Shown here: positions 23,550 through 35,670 of the stretch, piece after piece
Layout of the letters: each line of letters opens with the position of its first letter
How positions within the stretch are numbered: the first letter of the stretch is position 1
Assembly: GCA_036172245.1 (NCBI GenBank)
Contig: JAYWIR010000001.1
Span: 8,308,001-8,372,000 of the forward strand
Direction of reading: 5' to 3'
Source: Raillietiella orientalis
Lineage: Eukaryota
DNA length: 64,000 nt
The notes under the pieces: model-generated
Database searches by the model: none
What the model was told of the DNA's origin: nothing
The model's input: only the letters and a program-made list of their open reading frames with translations
Program-made: the position numbers and the translations under genes

Positions 23550-25577
23550 TGCTTCAGAATGTTCAAACAGGGAAGATGAGGAACTCGCTGGAAACCTCTC
23601 GGTGTGGAAGCTGCTTGATGGATTTCGGCTTCGTAGCTCTTGCGCAGAAACCGGAATCGGTACTTTGGGTCGCTTTCTCGATGTCCCCATCCGGCGAGCA
23701 GAATGCTGAAGGTATTCTAGAAAGGTAGAAAGCAGTTATTTTCGAGTGTGAGCACAATTTACATTTCGGGAGAAAGTTTCTGGATTTCTTTTCTATTGCA
23801 GCCGTCTTAATAAGCAGTTGCGGGGAACTGTGTTTCTGAAAACAGGAGATAAAAAGAAGAAAAAAGAACTTCCATTTAGCGGCCAGGAAAAAAGGCCGGT
23901 TTTCTTTCCACCTCGAGCCTGAATTTCACTTCTTTTGTTTGCAACTTCGCTTCTGAAAATTGAAAGTTATTTTTCCGAGATGAATCGCTTTTTCATGACT
24001 TTGCATCGGCAGATGAAAATCCAAGCGCCCTTTTTCTGTGCGGATGGCAAATAGAGAGAGGATTCACTGGGGAATAAAAAAAAAAAATCTTTTTTCCTTA
24101 TCCGCTCACGAAACTCATGCTCGCGTGCGTGTGTTTCAACATTCCTGAGAATTTGCCGAAGCTGAACTTCAGCCCTGTGGCAGCAGCACACTGCATGAGG
24201 ATGCAGCAGAAAGAGTAGAAAGAAAAGGAGGCAGTGACCACGCGTAAAGCGGAATGCACTCGGAGGAAAAAGCACCTCTTCCTCCAAAGCATTACTGACC
24301 TCTGCTACAAGAACAACTGAGGGCCGCTCAGAAGAGCACTCGAACCGTTCCGCTCTCTCACTCCTTGCCTTCTTCCTTTCTCTGGAAAGGGGATCCAGGA
24401 GGAATCTCGGAGACCATGGCGATTCTGTTTCCAAAGAAACCACTGAGAGAGCGCACACCCATACTGCTAGGGTGTGGTGCGCAAAGATGACAGAAATAGA
24501 AAACTAGCGCAGAAGGCGGGCTGAGGACCTTTCCGACCTTCCGCACAGTTCCATTCCATCACTGGCATGAGGTCGAAGCGTCCAGGACCGCACTCCCAGC
24601 AGCCGTCTCCAGTGCAAGAGAAGGGAGAGAACGTGGGGTGAGGAGGGTAGCTCCTCCGGACGGAGGCATTCCAAATGTATGCGCAGTCCGAAGCTTCCGT
24701 TCTGTCCTTTCACCGCTGCCTCTCCTACCGTCGGCCATTTTGAATCATATTCATTCAACTTTAATGCGATGTACATGACTGATGTTAGACAATCGATAGC
24801 AGAGGAGGCAAATGAGCCTATTGTTCTCTCCGGGAAAGAGGTTGCCGCGGGGCGGGCTGCTCACCGAGGACACCAGTTCCGGAGAGCAGGGAAAGGGAGG
24901 CGATGGAAAGCCAGGTTCTCCCTCTCGGTGTGTCTGAGACGGAGGCTAAAGGCAGGGTGGAGGCGCGAAGATTCCCGAGGGACCCGCGTGCGGGATGCGG
25001 CGGTGGCCGTGAGCAGGCGTGCGCAGGAAGAAAAGGAGTGTCCGGCGGCGAGGACACCGTGGGTGTTTCCGAAGCGCTTGCGGATTCCTCCGTAGTCCCG
25101 CGACGCTAGGCGGCCGATTCCGGGATGCAGCGGATAGCAGGTGAGGGTGGAGACTGGGAAGAAGACGGGAGTGTGGGAAGAAGAGCAGCGCACTTCGCTC
25201 CTTTTTTTTTTTTTTTTTGTTACCCCGTATGAAAAAAAAATTCGCGAGTACTCTCTGCCTCCCTCCTCCGGTCCGATCGGATGGGGTATCGCGAAGGAAG
25301 GAGGTAGGAGCTGGACAGCAAGGAGGATGGGGATGGGGAGGAGGGACGAATCTTCCATTGACAGAGCTAATGGGATCAGCATCCAGCGCCGTCCACGACG
25401 TGCCACTTGAAGTCGAAAATTAATTGCAAATTCTAGCCCGCGTGCAGATTCCAGTGATTAAACGGGAAGATGCGAAATGATTGGCCCGGCGTGAAAGGAA
25501 GGAATCCCGGCTAGTTTGCGCAGAAGCGGTAATTGCCGGGATGATGACGCCTGGCTCGCAAATTGGCATCATAGGAA

Positions 25578-25711
25578 GGCAAGAAGTAAAGAAGAAGAAG
25601 AAGAAGAAGCAAGGGAAAAAAAGAAAGGGAAGAAAGGAAAGAAAAGGAGGAGGAAGAGGAGGGAGGGAGGGAAGGAGAGACGCCGAGAAGCTGAGAGAGG
25701 GAGAGAGGAAG
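25578..25711. repeat. Polypurine (GA-rich) tract
   Basis: ~130 nt almost devoid of pyrimidines on +, including (AAG)n. Confidence 0.85.
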
Positions 25712-26379
25712 ACTGGGTTCGCAGGGCTTTTATTTCATCATCTTTATTTTTTCCTCTCGAGATGCCACAGGGTGATCAAGGAAAAGCTCCTCTGTGATTA
25801 AAGGGAATGATCCCTTGCACCCTTAGTTTTCCGCACCGCCCTATATGATTAAACCGAATCAGACCGAGGTGGAGAGGCAGCTCGGTAATTACCAGGCTGC
25901 TCCCCCACTCCTCCGCGACCTGGGCAACTCCGAAATTACAGTACGGTACGAAACGACGTGCGCGCGCGCGCGCCCGCGCTCTGCACTCTCCTCGGTAACG
26001 GCGGATGGTGGTGGTGCATCTGTTTTTTTTCCTCCTTCTTCCCTTCCCAAGATAAATTGCTTCTTCCCGATCCGAAAAAACTTCTCTTCCACTTATCGTC
26101 CTCCTTCTTCATTGTATCTTCCGAGTAATGGCTCGCTGGGCGTGACCAGGTTATGTTTATGTTTTCCCATTCACATAATTTCGGAGTGGCGAGGATAAAA
26201 CGTATTTATTTTCCGAGAGATTTCTGGTGCAGAATCCCAATTAAGGACCGCATCCAATCCCGACTGGAATTCCAGCGGAGAACAACTCGAACGTTTCTAT
26301 TAGATAAAAGAAGGAAGAGGAGGGAGGGGGAGGGGAAGAGAGGACCAAAAAACAAAAACAATAACAATAAAAACAGGAG

Positions 26380-26518
26380 GACTTTCCTTGTTGCCTTCCA
26401 TTCACCGCGCAGTTCCGGGCGCGACAATGGAAAGTTGAGGCTGTTTCCGTGGTCACGCGCGATCGCGTCTCCATTGGTGCGCGCTATTCGCCGGACATTC
26501 ATGGCGCGCAACAATGAA
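26380..26518. mobile_element. Palindromic MITE-like element, copy B (left arm plus centre)
   Basis: It is the reverse complement of copy A's right arm, followed by the same central segment (GCGCGCTATT..GACATTCA..GCGCAACAATGAA) in direct orientation. Confidence 0.75.
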
Positions 26519-28389
26519 AAAGGAGGAGTAGGAGGAGGAAGGAGCCATCGCCGGTTCCATCTGTCGGGAGCTGGGACTTGCAGTGGGGGAAAGGGGGCGC
26601 AGCGTGCCAGCACGTTGTCGGTGGCGCGGCGCCTTCTCCTTCTGATGTCGAAAGGACCGGAAGCGGAACCGTCCGCCTGTTCCGCTCCCAGGAGCTCCCC
26701 GCACAGAGCAGCGTCCGGTCCGGCCCTCGACTCCCCGTCCTGCGCTCTCCCGAGCGGTGGAACTCCCGCCGCGTTCAAGGGAACGCCGCCGCCGCCCGCG
26801 AGGAGACAGAGATACGGTCGCGCCATCGTTCGCGCGCGAGCGAGACGCGTCCGTTCGGGCATCCCCTGAGGGAGCCGCGCGCGCCCGAGAGCAAAGAGGT
26901 CGAGGTGGGGGGGAACGTGCGCGCGCGGGACGGACAGGGAGCGCCAACGGAGCTGGACTCTTCGCCTCCGAGGCGAGGGGTGGCTCCCGGAGACCTCGGG
27001 CACCCACCCACCCCCGTGCGCGCGGAAGGAGGACGACGCCCCGAGCAAGGAGAGGGGGTTGAGGGTGGTGGACGCCGGTTTCCCCGCGCGGGAGCTATCC
27101 TCAGTTCCGTTCAGGCGTGCCTTCCAGGATGGGGGGCGCCCGCGACGGAGAGAGACCTCCCTTCCTCCAGTGCGGCGGCGGCGGTTCCTTGCGGAGCCGC
27201 TCCGCCGCCGCTTCCCGCCGCCGCCAGTGAGGAAAAGGGAATCGGAGGAAATGCGGTGCTTGTAGGGCGCCCACCGTTTTATCCCTCCTGACCTTGTCCG
27301 TGATAGGGGGAGGAGCGGAAGGCGACTATCGCGGCGCATCCTTCCCTGGACGCGGAAGACGGGGTGGTGGCAGGGGGAAGGGGAGGGAGCCCCGCCTGGA
27401 GCGCGCCCCGGCTTGGAATTTCCGGAAGGATGGGGGGTGGGGTGGGAAGCGAGGAGGCAGAGGAGAGTGTGCGTTCCCTGGCAGGCGTCGACCGAGACCG
27501 AGGCGTTCCGACGCTCCTCCGAGTCACGTGACCCGCGCGGATCTCGTGCTGATGAATGTGATTTACGATACGCTTTTTATTACTTCCCATGATTTAAGCT
27601 CCGGACGCTGGACCAGAGCGGGAAGGAGAGGAGACGGAAAAATGGGAATCTGGAACGGCCACACGTCCGAGAAAATGCCTTTTTCGTGCCTCCTCGCCGG
27701 CGTCCAAGCCCGCCGCGCGCCTCTCCCCGCTTTCCTACGGCTGTAATTACCCCGGGCCAGCCCTATAATTTCGATCAAGACGCAATCGCAGATGAGGCGC
27801 CATTATTGTTGCTGGAGGAGGGAGGGAGAGGGGGGGGAGTGGAGGGAGGGAGAGGGAGAGAGAGATGTGTTGAAAACAACCAAGGGGCAAAAAGTTTCGT
27901 TCAGCGGCAGCCTCCGCCGCCATCTTCTTCTGCCTTAGCCGACCAGAGTTCACCCTCCCACCAGAGACAGCCGGGAGGGGTCGGAGAGGCCGCGGCGGTC
28001 CCTGTGAAGCTACCGCAAGCGGCGCCCGGAGGAGTGACGCTTTCCCGCCTCTACCCGAGGTTGGAGGACAGGAAGCCCCGCTCCCGGGGCGCAAGGTGAA
28101 GAAAAAAAAGGGAGCGAAGGATGCTCTCGCCCTTTCACATTTCTCCCCTTCCCCGTCCTTGATGCCCCCTGGACTGTATGCGCGCAAACGAGCGCGCACT
28201 CTCCCTTCCGTCTGCCCCCCCAGGCAGTGTCCCACGTGTGTAACCTGGTGAATCGATTGCGTCTCGTCGCCTGCACCGACGGAAGGACCGTCGCCTCGCG
28301 GAGGGAGTGAAGCCGAGCGCGAAGGAGCCGCCTAATTGGTCCAGGCGTCTCATCCGGACGATGTGGCGGCGAGCGGCCACGCAGAGCTA

Positions 28390-28580
28390 TTCCTCCTCCT
28401 TCTCTTCCTCTTCCTCCTCTTTTCTTCCTTCTCCTCCTCTCCCTTTCCCCCTCCTTCCTTTCCTCCACCTCCTTCTTCTCTTCTTCTTCATCCTTCCCAC
28501 TTCCCACTCCTTCCACCTTCCTCCTAGTTGTCGCCTTCCTCCCGCTTCGCTTCCATCCATCCCTTTCCCCCCTCCTTCGT
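28390..28580. repeat. Polypyrimidine (CT-rich) tract
   Basis: ~190 nt of nearly pure C/T on +. Confidence 0.9.
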
Positions 28581-29699
28581 CGCCAGAAAAGCGTCAGAAT
28601 AAACGGCGTTAGGGCGCCAACGCAGACGCTTGTCCGCACCACGGTCGGACGCGGAAGGGTGAGGGCGGAGAGGGGAACCGCTTCGCCGCGGGTGGCGGAG
28701 GCAGCGCTTCCTTGCCCTCGGGCGGTAGCAACGGGGAGAGGGAGATGCGAGACTGCAGGACTCGGCCATCAGGGATGAAGGATCACTCCTGGAACCCTGA
28801 GTCGAGAACAAGGAGGAGCCGTAGGAGGAGGAGGAGGAGGAAGGCTGGAGTCCTGATGCCTCCGTGGCACGCCGGGGAATCGCTCTTCTGAGCGCGCGGG
28901 GCCTCGTGACGGCTCGGCCAAGTTCGCCCGGCTGCTTCAGAGGGGGAAAGAGGAGGGTTCATCCCATCCCTCCATCCTTGTGGACGCTACGGATGGAACT
29001 TCTCAGGATGGCAGATGAAGCCTTCTTGGACCTCTCTTGTGGGCGACGACCCGGACTAGGGGAAGGGCATCCCTGAATCCTTGTCCCTTTGAACGCTCTT
29101 ACGACCAGCGAGGACGAGAAGGGGAAGCAAGGAATGCGCCTTTCCTGCTTGCCGCCGTCCGCGCCCACCACTCGTAAAAGATGAATTCCGTTCTTCCTCA
29201 TCGCCTGCCGCAACAAAGGACTGGGGAAATCCCAGAGGAAAGGAGCGAGAGCATTCTTGTCTTCCTTTCCCGTCGCTCTTTCCTTCCTGCGATACCTTTC
29301 GAGGCATTTGGGACGTCACCGCGGGCCGTCATCTGAGGAACCGAATCTCCAGGGAACCCTCGAAGGATGAAGGGAAAGGAGGAAGGAGGAGTTGAGGGAG
29401 GGGGGGAGATTCTCAAGTCACCATCTTCTTCCACCCTTCTTCTCCCCATCTGTCATCGGCCCGCGGGCAACACAACTAACCTCCTGGCCATCGCAGAGTC
29501 CACGGAGGGAGTGCATCGTGAGAGGGGTAAGGAGTCGAGCTCCCCTCCCCAATCCCCCAGTGGCGGAGTCGCTCCATGGTTTCGCCGCCCTCCCGGGCTC
29601 CGTTCTCAAAAGAGCCGCCCATGGGACACTCCCGGAATCTCTGCAGCTTCCAGCTTGGAGGACCTGCTCACTCTAACAAGATGCTGGGACTCCAGCTGA

Positions 29700-30700
29700 G
29701 CACAGAAAATTGTACCGGAACATCCCGGGAAATGGGGCTGCCGTGAACAGACCTCCCGTCAGAAGGGGTCCGTGGACGGCAATCAGGGAAGGAGTTCCTG
29801 CCGCAGAAATTTGGCCGACATCCCAGCCTTGGGGAAGGGGGGGGGAATTAGCATTAGGATAAGAATACCCGATAGATTGGGCGTGGACGGCTCTCATCCT
29901 CTAGGAGGATGGAAAAAGAAGTACGGCCACCTCTCTGCTTCCCGGGTGCATCACGAAGTCGTTGCCGCGATGACGTGGGGGAGCTTGCTTCAAATTCTGA
30001 CCACCATAGTCACAGAGGTCACTGAGGATCGAATTTACCCTCCCTCCTCCTTTTCATCCCTTCGCGCTCTTCATCCATGTGCCCCAAGCCGTGGAGGTCT
30101 AAGTCTCCTCTTCCTCCCGCCACCAGAACCGTCTTCCTCCTGTAAGAGGAGAGCGCTCCTACACTGGGACATGGGAGGACGGTTGCCTCTTGCCTGGTTG
30201 AGGATCGCTGGACCCCGCGTCCCTCCGTGGCGGCTCTTTGAGCTCGGTGAGCTCCTCGAGGTACGCGGCAAGGGAGCTAAGCGCTTATCTCGGGCCAGTC
30301 CACTTGGTCTGGCAATGCGGAGACGAGCGGCCCGTGACCTTGGCGAAACGTGCGTGGCCCGCATACTTCCCCCTAGGCTCCGGGTGTACACAGAAAAGGC
30401 AGCAGGACTGGGAACGAATTATGGAAGCGAAGCGTCCTCGGTGACAGATGGAGAGGGTAGGAAGTGGGAACGAGATCTTCTTCTTAATGCCTCCATGGCA
30501 ACCGCCTCTGACCGGCTCAGCAGCTGGGCGGACATCCCAAAAACACTATATACAGGCGCTGCGGTATCCCTTGCTATCTCGAGTTGGCACCACCACTCCA
30601 AGGTCTGGACAATTGGCAGACCTTGCGCCGTCGACGAACGAGGCATCAGCGCCGAGGGAAGGGCAAGCGTTCCCTCTATTGCCGCCAGTATCCAGGGAGA
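29700..30700 (-). mobile_element. Degenerate 3' part of an RNase H-encoding non-LTR retrotransposon (I-group-like)
   Basis: Ordered relics: ASFVDGARS..LGVVV (like FTDGSK), YSVF..EAL, SVYTRS (like IxTDS), SRHGGTRG..LNQA (like SHxGxxGNExAD), RMRAVHA (like RLRxGH), and C..FCG. Confidence 0.5.
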
Positions 30701-30871
30701 CGACTGCATTTCCTTAGCGTAGCTGCTGGAGTCCATTTTTCTGGTTCCCAGTGGAGGGAAGGAAGAGCGGAGTTGGGGCGCTGTCAGGCCTTTGTCTCCC
30801 TCTCCATCAAGAGCGAAAGTGCTCCAGCACGCTCCCGAGGTTAGTTGAAAAGCATCGGGAGTTTCCATCCA

Positions 30872-31693
30872 GTCACCTCCCGGCACGTGCATTCTTAAAT
30901 CTGCAGATGAATAGTGGAAATGGATAAAGTGGAGTCTTCGCTTCGTAGAGGGGCCATAAATCCCGCGGCGTCGCCACGAGTGCAGGAGTGCCTCCTGGAC
31001 CTCGTGCCGGCGCAAGCAGGTTGCCTAGCGACGTACGCACGGGGAAGTGCAAGTGGAGGAAAAGAGGAAACACGAAGTTGTCTGGAAAAATCGAGGAAGG
31101 GATCCCTGTCGACCTCGGCATCCTGTCCAGGAAGCAGCCCGTCTCCTCCTGGCGACGCGCGATGGCCGGCCATCTTGTCGTCTTCCCTGAGAAAAGGAGC
31201 GCGGAGGGGATGGCGTCCCGGCCGGCGCGGCGCGCTTCTTTTCTGCATCGTGGCTCCGCGAAGACAGCGCAGAGCTGCAGACGATCGCCACGGCGGGCGA
31301 CACGGTGTCAGGGAAGGAGGAGGGAAGAGGCGTCCCGCCACGTCCTTCGGATCGCCCTTTGGGGAACGGATGTCCCTGGTCGGACGTTCCAGCGCACCCC
31401 GGAGGGCAACCCGCTCGAGCAACAGGTGCCGGATGGTTTCTCCTTCGCCGCACCATACACTTTCCCTGGTCCGGTAGCGCCGGTGCGCACGTCTCCAGGG
31501 GCGACCCGACGCAGCAGCCTCAACGCCGAGTCGCGCCGCTTAGTGGGAAGCGCGGACCCGTCCGAGAAACACCGCAAGGATCTCGAGATTTTCGAGAGGA
31601 TCTCGGGGCAGATCGACCCACCGGCGAAGTCCCTCGTGGCGGGCAGCAGCGGGAGGGTGGAAGCGTCAGCAGGCGGACGCGCCGTCCAGCATC
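30872..31693. repeat. Copy 2 of ~825-bp near-identical direct repeat (copy 1 at 5090-5914)
   Basis: Direct comparison; offset 25,782 bp. Confidence 0.97.
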
Positions 31694-32050
31694 CCCATAC
31701 CTGGCTTCTTCCTGTGGTCTTTCAGGTGACCGAGAAGGATGGAGAGAAGATCGACCAGAAGAGTGGACAGGCAAGCCCAGAGAGCTCTCTTATTCGAGGA
31801 CGGCAGTTGCGGCAATCAAGGATGAAGGAGACGGAAGAGACCCTGGAGAGCTGTTGATGCCTGGCTCTCGCCGCAGCGAGCCCAGCGTTTGCCTGACTCT
31901 GGTATCCATCCGACCAGGGGGGCATAGGAACCTTGAGACCTTTGGCTTGGCGGGGAGGACCATCGAGTGGCATAGGAAAAGGTGGAGGTTTTTTAGCTGT
32001 CCCCATAATGAGAGGAAACCGGGAATACCGGACACCCAGAAAAAGCATAG
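30872..32050 (-). mobile_element. Degenerate L1/Tx1-type LINE 3' half
   Basis: GVRYSRFP (KYLG-like, ~32010-32036), LCPPGR../AN..RH (like LSxxGR..N), then the zf-RVT-like segment shared with 5090-5914. Confidence 0.55.
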
Positions 32051-32585
32051 CTCCGTTCTCACCTGATGTCTCCGTTCGAGATGGCTGCGCACTCGAGGTG
32101 GAGTGATGGGTGATCTCCTGGCATCGCTCCTCGTCTCCTGGAAACGGGTACATCCGGCATCACATCGCAGCAACTTCCCCGACGTCCTCCCAGAGTCCGA
32201 GCGTACCAACTCTCCTCCCTTCCCTCTCATGCTCCGAACAGGATCCAAGTGGCCGAGCAGCGGGTGGGGTCAGATGGTGTTCATGGAAACGGAGCGTGGC
32301 CCTCTTTCCCTCGCAAGGAGCGCGGAAATTCTTGACCTCCAGTCGTCGCGCTGCTGCTTCTGGAAAAAGCTTCCCCACCCACGCCTTGCCCGTAGACCCT
32401 TTCGTTGGAGAAATCCTTCATAGAGCGCCAATCCTTCCCGGCACCCTCGCCGTTTGCAATCCGGGAGCATCCGGATGCTCCTGTTGCCGCGAAACGAGAT
32501 GCGGAGCCGAGAGATCGCTCATCCTTCCTCCCGGAGGGCGACAACGCCATCTTGAGCGGAGACCTCAGGTGAGAACGAATGGGAG
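32051..32585. repeat. Imperfect inverted repeat (~110-bp arms, ~310-bp spacer)
   Basis: CGTTCTCACCTGATGTCTCCGTTCGAGATGGC... at 32054 is the reverse complement of ...GCCATCTTGAGCGGAGACCTCAGGTGAGAACG at ~32546-32577. Similarity extends inward to ~32160 and ~32470. Confidence 0.75.
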
Positions 32586-32754
32586 CTCGGGAGCAGGAAG
32601 GCTGACTCTAAGCCAGAAGCGCTAACAGAAGGAGGTTTCGTTCTCTACGGCACCATGGCGATACACGGCGATTTCCGTGCACCCCTGCCTTCGCGTGCGC
32701 CCTCTCGCAGAGCCCTCGTGTTCTCCCTCGCTTCCATCGAGAGATAACGATTTG

Positions 32755-32900
32755 TCGCTTACCGCGTGCGGTTGCCTGGTTACCGAATACCTACCTGGAT
32801 GCCTCCGGTTGTCAGCAGCTGCCACGAGTCCGCGCGCTGCCGCGTATTGATGTGACGCCGGTTTCCGCCTGTTCCAATCAAAGGCGCCATCTTTTTTTTT
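32755..32900 (-). promoter_or_regulatory. Promoter-like motif cluster / candidate distal first exon
   Basis: Contains YY1/Pho AAGATGGCG (32893-32885), CCAAT (32874-32878), GTGACG, E-box CAGCTG, RFX-like GTTGCCTGGTTAC (32771-32783), and a consensus donor CAG|GTAGGT at 32794. Confidence 0.4.
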
Positions 32901-34959
32901 TATTACCTCCCCTCTGACTCCCTCCCTCCTCCATCGCCTCTCCGTCTCCCTCTCCTGAACAAGGACCGAGCTTCCCGGTCCTAACCTTCCCCTGTGATTG
33001 CATCGCAAAGTTCGTTCGACCTCGGCACGGGGGGTGGGAGGACCGACGCGTGCACTCTGCGCACCGAAGCATCGGGAGAGGTCACGTTTCCTGCGTGACC
33101 GTCCGGGGCCAAGACGCGCCCAACTCCAAGGAATGCTTTCACGGACAGTTCGGAGAACACGAGAGGAGAGGGAAAAGGGATCAGTACGCTTGGTTTCGGG
33201 AGGAAACGGGTGTCGTCACTCGGGGTGTCGCTGCCCAACGACCCGTGAACGAAGGTCTCTGATGCGCGCGAACACGCGCGCGGTGGAGCTCCCGTTTGGG
33301 GCAGACACGGGGCTAAACGAAACGGAAATGACTCCACCTCTTTCCCGATTCCAGGGAAAACAAGGGACTTATTACGGGAGTAATGTTGAGGGTGAGGGAA
33401 TCCCTAGGGTGGGTTTCCCTTTTTGTTTTTGTTTTTTCGTTTTCGTGGCTCTTTTTTTTCCTCAGAAGGCTGGACCCATGCGGGCGAGTTGCCGAGAAAT
33501 CATCTCTTTAAGCCGCCCATTCGGACCGAACCCCCTCCCTCTTCCCTCCCCTTCCCTGAGTGGTGGCGTCGTCATCTGGGTGCATGCGAGAACGGCGGAG
33601 CAGCTTGCGGTGCACCTCGGGCATGCGTTCTGTCGCGCATGCGCGTGAGCCTCTCGCAAGAACTGCGCCCGCAGCACTCATCCCTGGCGCGCGAACGGTG
33701 GGCGCGGGCGACGTCCGCACTCACGAGTGCAGGCAAAGCGCCCACTTGCGTGGCGCGGTGCCATGCACACTCGAAAACGCGCGCGCATGCCGGTCGCTAA
33801 CGGCGGCGGCAAGAATGGCGTCGCAATGTTGGTGCCGCTCGCGTCACCGCGGCGATGTGCGCAACGTGCCGCTCGCGCGAAATCACGTGCGCTGGTCAGT
33901 GGGTCAGTTGTTTGGCGGCGAGCCCCGACATTCGGCTACCTGGGAAATCGCTGGCCCTCTGGCGACCGACGCCCGGCGCCTACTCGGGCGGCTGTTCGAT
34001 CCCTCGTTTTCCCCCGAGGACACGCGCGCGAGAGCCTTTCCGTCCCATTCGGGTACTTTCGGACGCAGCTGGCGCCCGCTGCTGTTGGCAGCGGGGGAAG
34101 AATTCTTGCCGCGCCCAAGCCCACAGGCGCTGCGTAGTCCTCCGTGACTTCGGAGCGGTCTCGTCCGCCTCTGCTCCCTCATCCGGCTCTTCAGGATGGA
34201 TCGATTGAGCTTTCCTCCTGCCCCACTGAATCCAGGAGGACGCTCGAGACACTGCTCCCGCCGGCGGTCGGGACGGACCCAGCAAGGAGGGAAAGCCCCT
34301 GGAGTCTCCGTCGCTGCCGGCGGGTCACGGCGCTAAAGACGGGCTTGGAGGCTTCGGAGGCGACTCCGTGAGCCGGAATCGGGAGTCTTCCTTTTCACAC
34401 CCGCGAGGACTGCTGGAAGGAGATCCGGAGGAAGGCTGAAGGAAGACGCGAATTCCTCACGCCAGACCACGAAAGGGAGAGTGGAGTCTGAGGTCCCCCT
34501 CTTCCCTCCGTGGATTGAAGGTGCACGGTTTCTAGGTCGGGAAGACCCAGGAAGAGTCATGCCAACCCCGACCTATCACTATTTCCGCGCAAACCGACTG
34601 CAAGAGCATGATCGGGAGCGGCGTCCAGAGAAGGTCTCATTGCCTTCCTCACGAGCCGTGCGGATCGATTACGGCCAGGTCCTCTGGGGCAGCAGCTTCA
34701 GCACCAGGGGGTGGAAATGTTGCAAGCGTAACTTAAGGACTCATGGAGAGTCCAGAGCGCCTGGACGCACCAATGAGGAGGAAGAAACTGAGCACTCCTG
34801 GATTCCTCTTCCCTTTCCTGAGGATCTCTTCGAGGTGGGAAGTCTCCTGCGAGATCTCAGGCAGGAGGAAAGGAATGAGTGCTTGGACCACGGGGCAGCT
34901 GTCGGAGCTGGGGCGAGCTGCTCGTACTCTTAGCGAAGACCTGGAATAGCCACTGGTGT

Positions 34960-35670
34960 TCAAGGATAGCAGCGGCCTCCTCCTGAAGTGGCAGGATTCG
35001 GCACTTCCGCTGTTGCACTGGGGTCTTCCCTGCAACGCACGCCGACACTACTGGACGCTGGGGAGGGAGAGCTAGGACTGTCGCAGGTGCGAGGAACGGG
35101 AATCCCACCCGTACCTGCTCGTGGACCATGTTGCTCTCCGTCCCCTGTGGGAACGTTTTGGAATGACCGGTGGTTGGTAACCCCAGGGACGCTTTACGGC
35201 TTCTCTTGCGGGATGCCCTGCATCCAGCCGCAGCCCTAGCATCTGTTTGCTGCATCCATGGAATTGCGGTGGCCTGGAGCGAAGCCGACGGAGGACGAGA
35301 CAGGAGGGACGCCTTCCAGCCTACAGTTCGATTCCTACGAATAACAGTTAAATGGCCCACGTGAGCCTCATCGGGATGGACTCGGCTGGCACCCTGGAGA
35401 GGATGCAGGGGACTCCCTCCACGAGTGGTAATCTCTTCCCGGTCCTCCAAAGTGTTTTTTTCATTTATTTTTATTTATTCCTTCATTTTCTTTTTGTTTT
35501 TTTCCCCCTCCCCACTGTTGCCGAAGTGAACCTCACCGATCTGCGTACTGCCAACCCTGCAGGAAGACTTGGACGTAGTAGGGCTACGCGTCCTACCACA
35601 GCCGTTGTGAGTTTATTGTTGTTGCAATAAATTCTCTGGCGTGACCGGATGGCAATCCGAGGATCCCCCG
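34960..35670 (+). mobile_element. L1/Tx1-type LINE 3' end (zf-RVT and 3' UTR), same family as 5090-5914
   Basis: LLKWQDSALPLLHWGLPCNARRHYW...DCRRCEERESHPYLLVDHVALRPLWERF aligns with the 5.7-kb and 31.5-kb relics. It is homologous in reverse complement to 38760-39300. Confidence 0.65.

Noticed and set aside
24450..24507. Hairpin followed by CTAG, resembling a Helitron 3' end
   Set aside because: The hairpin is ~22 nt from CTAG, the next base is C rather than T, and no 5' TC end or second copy was found.
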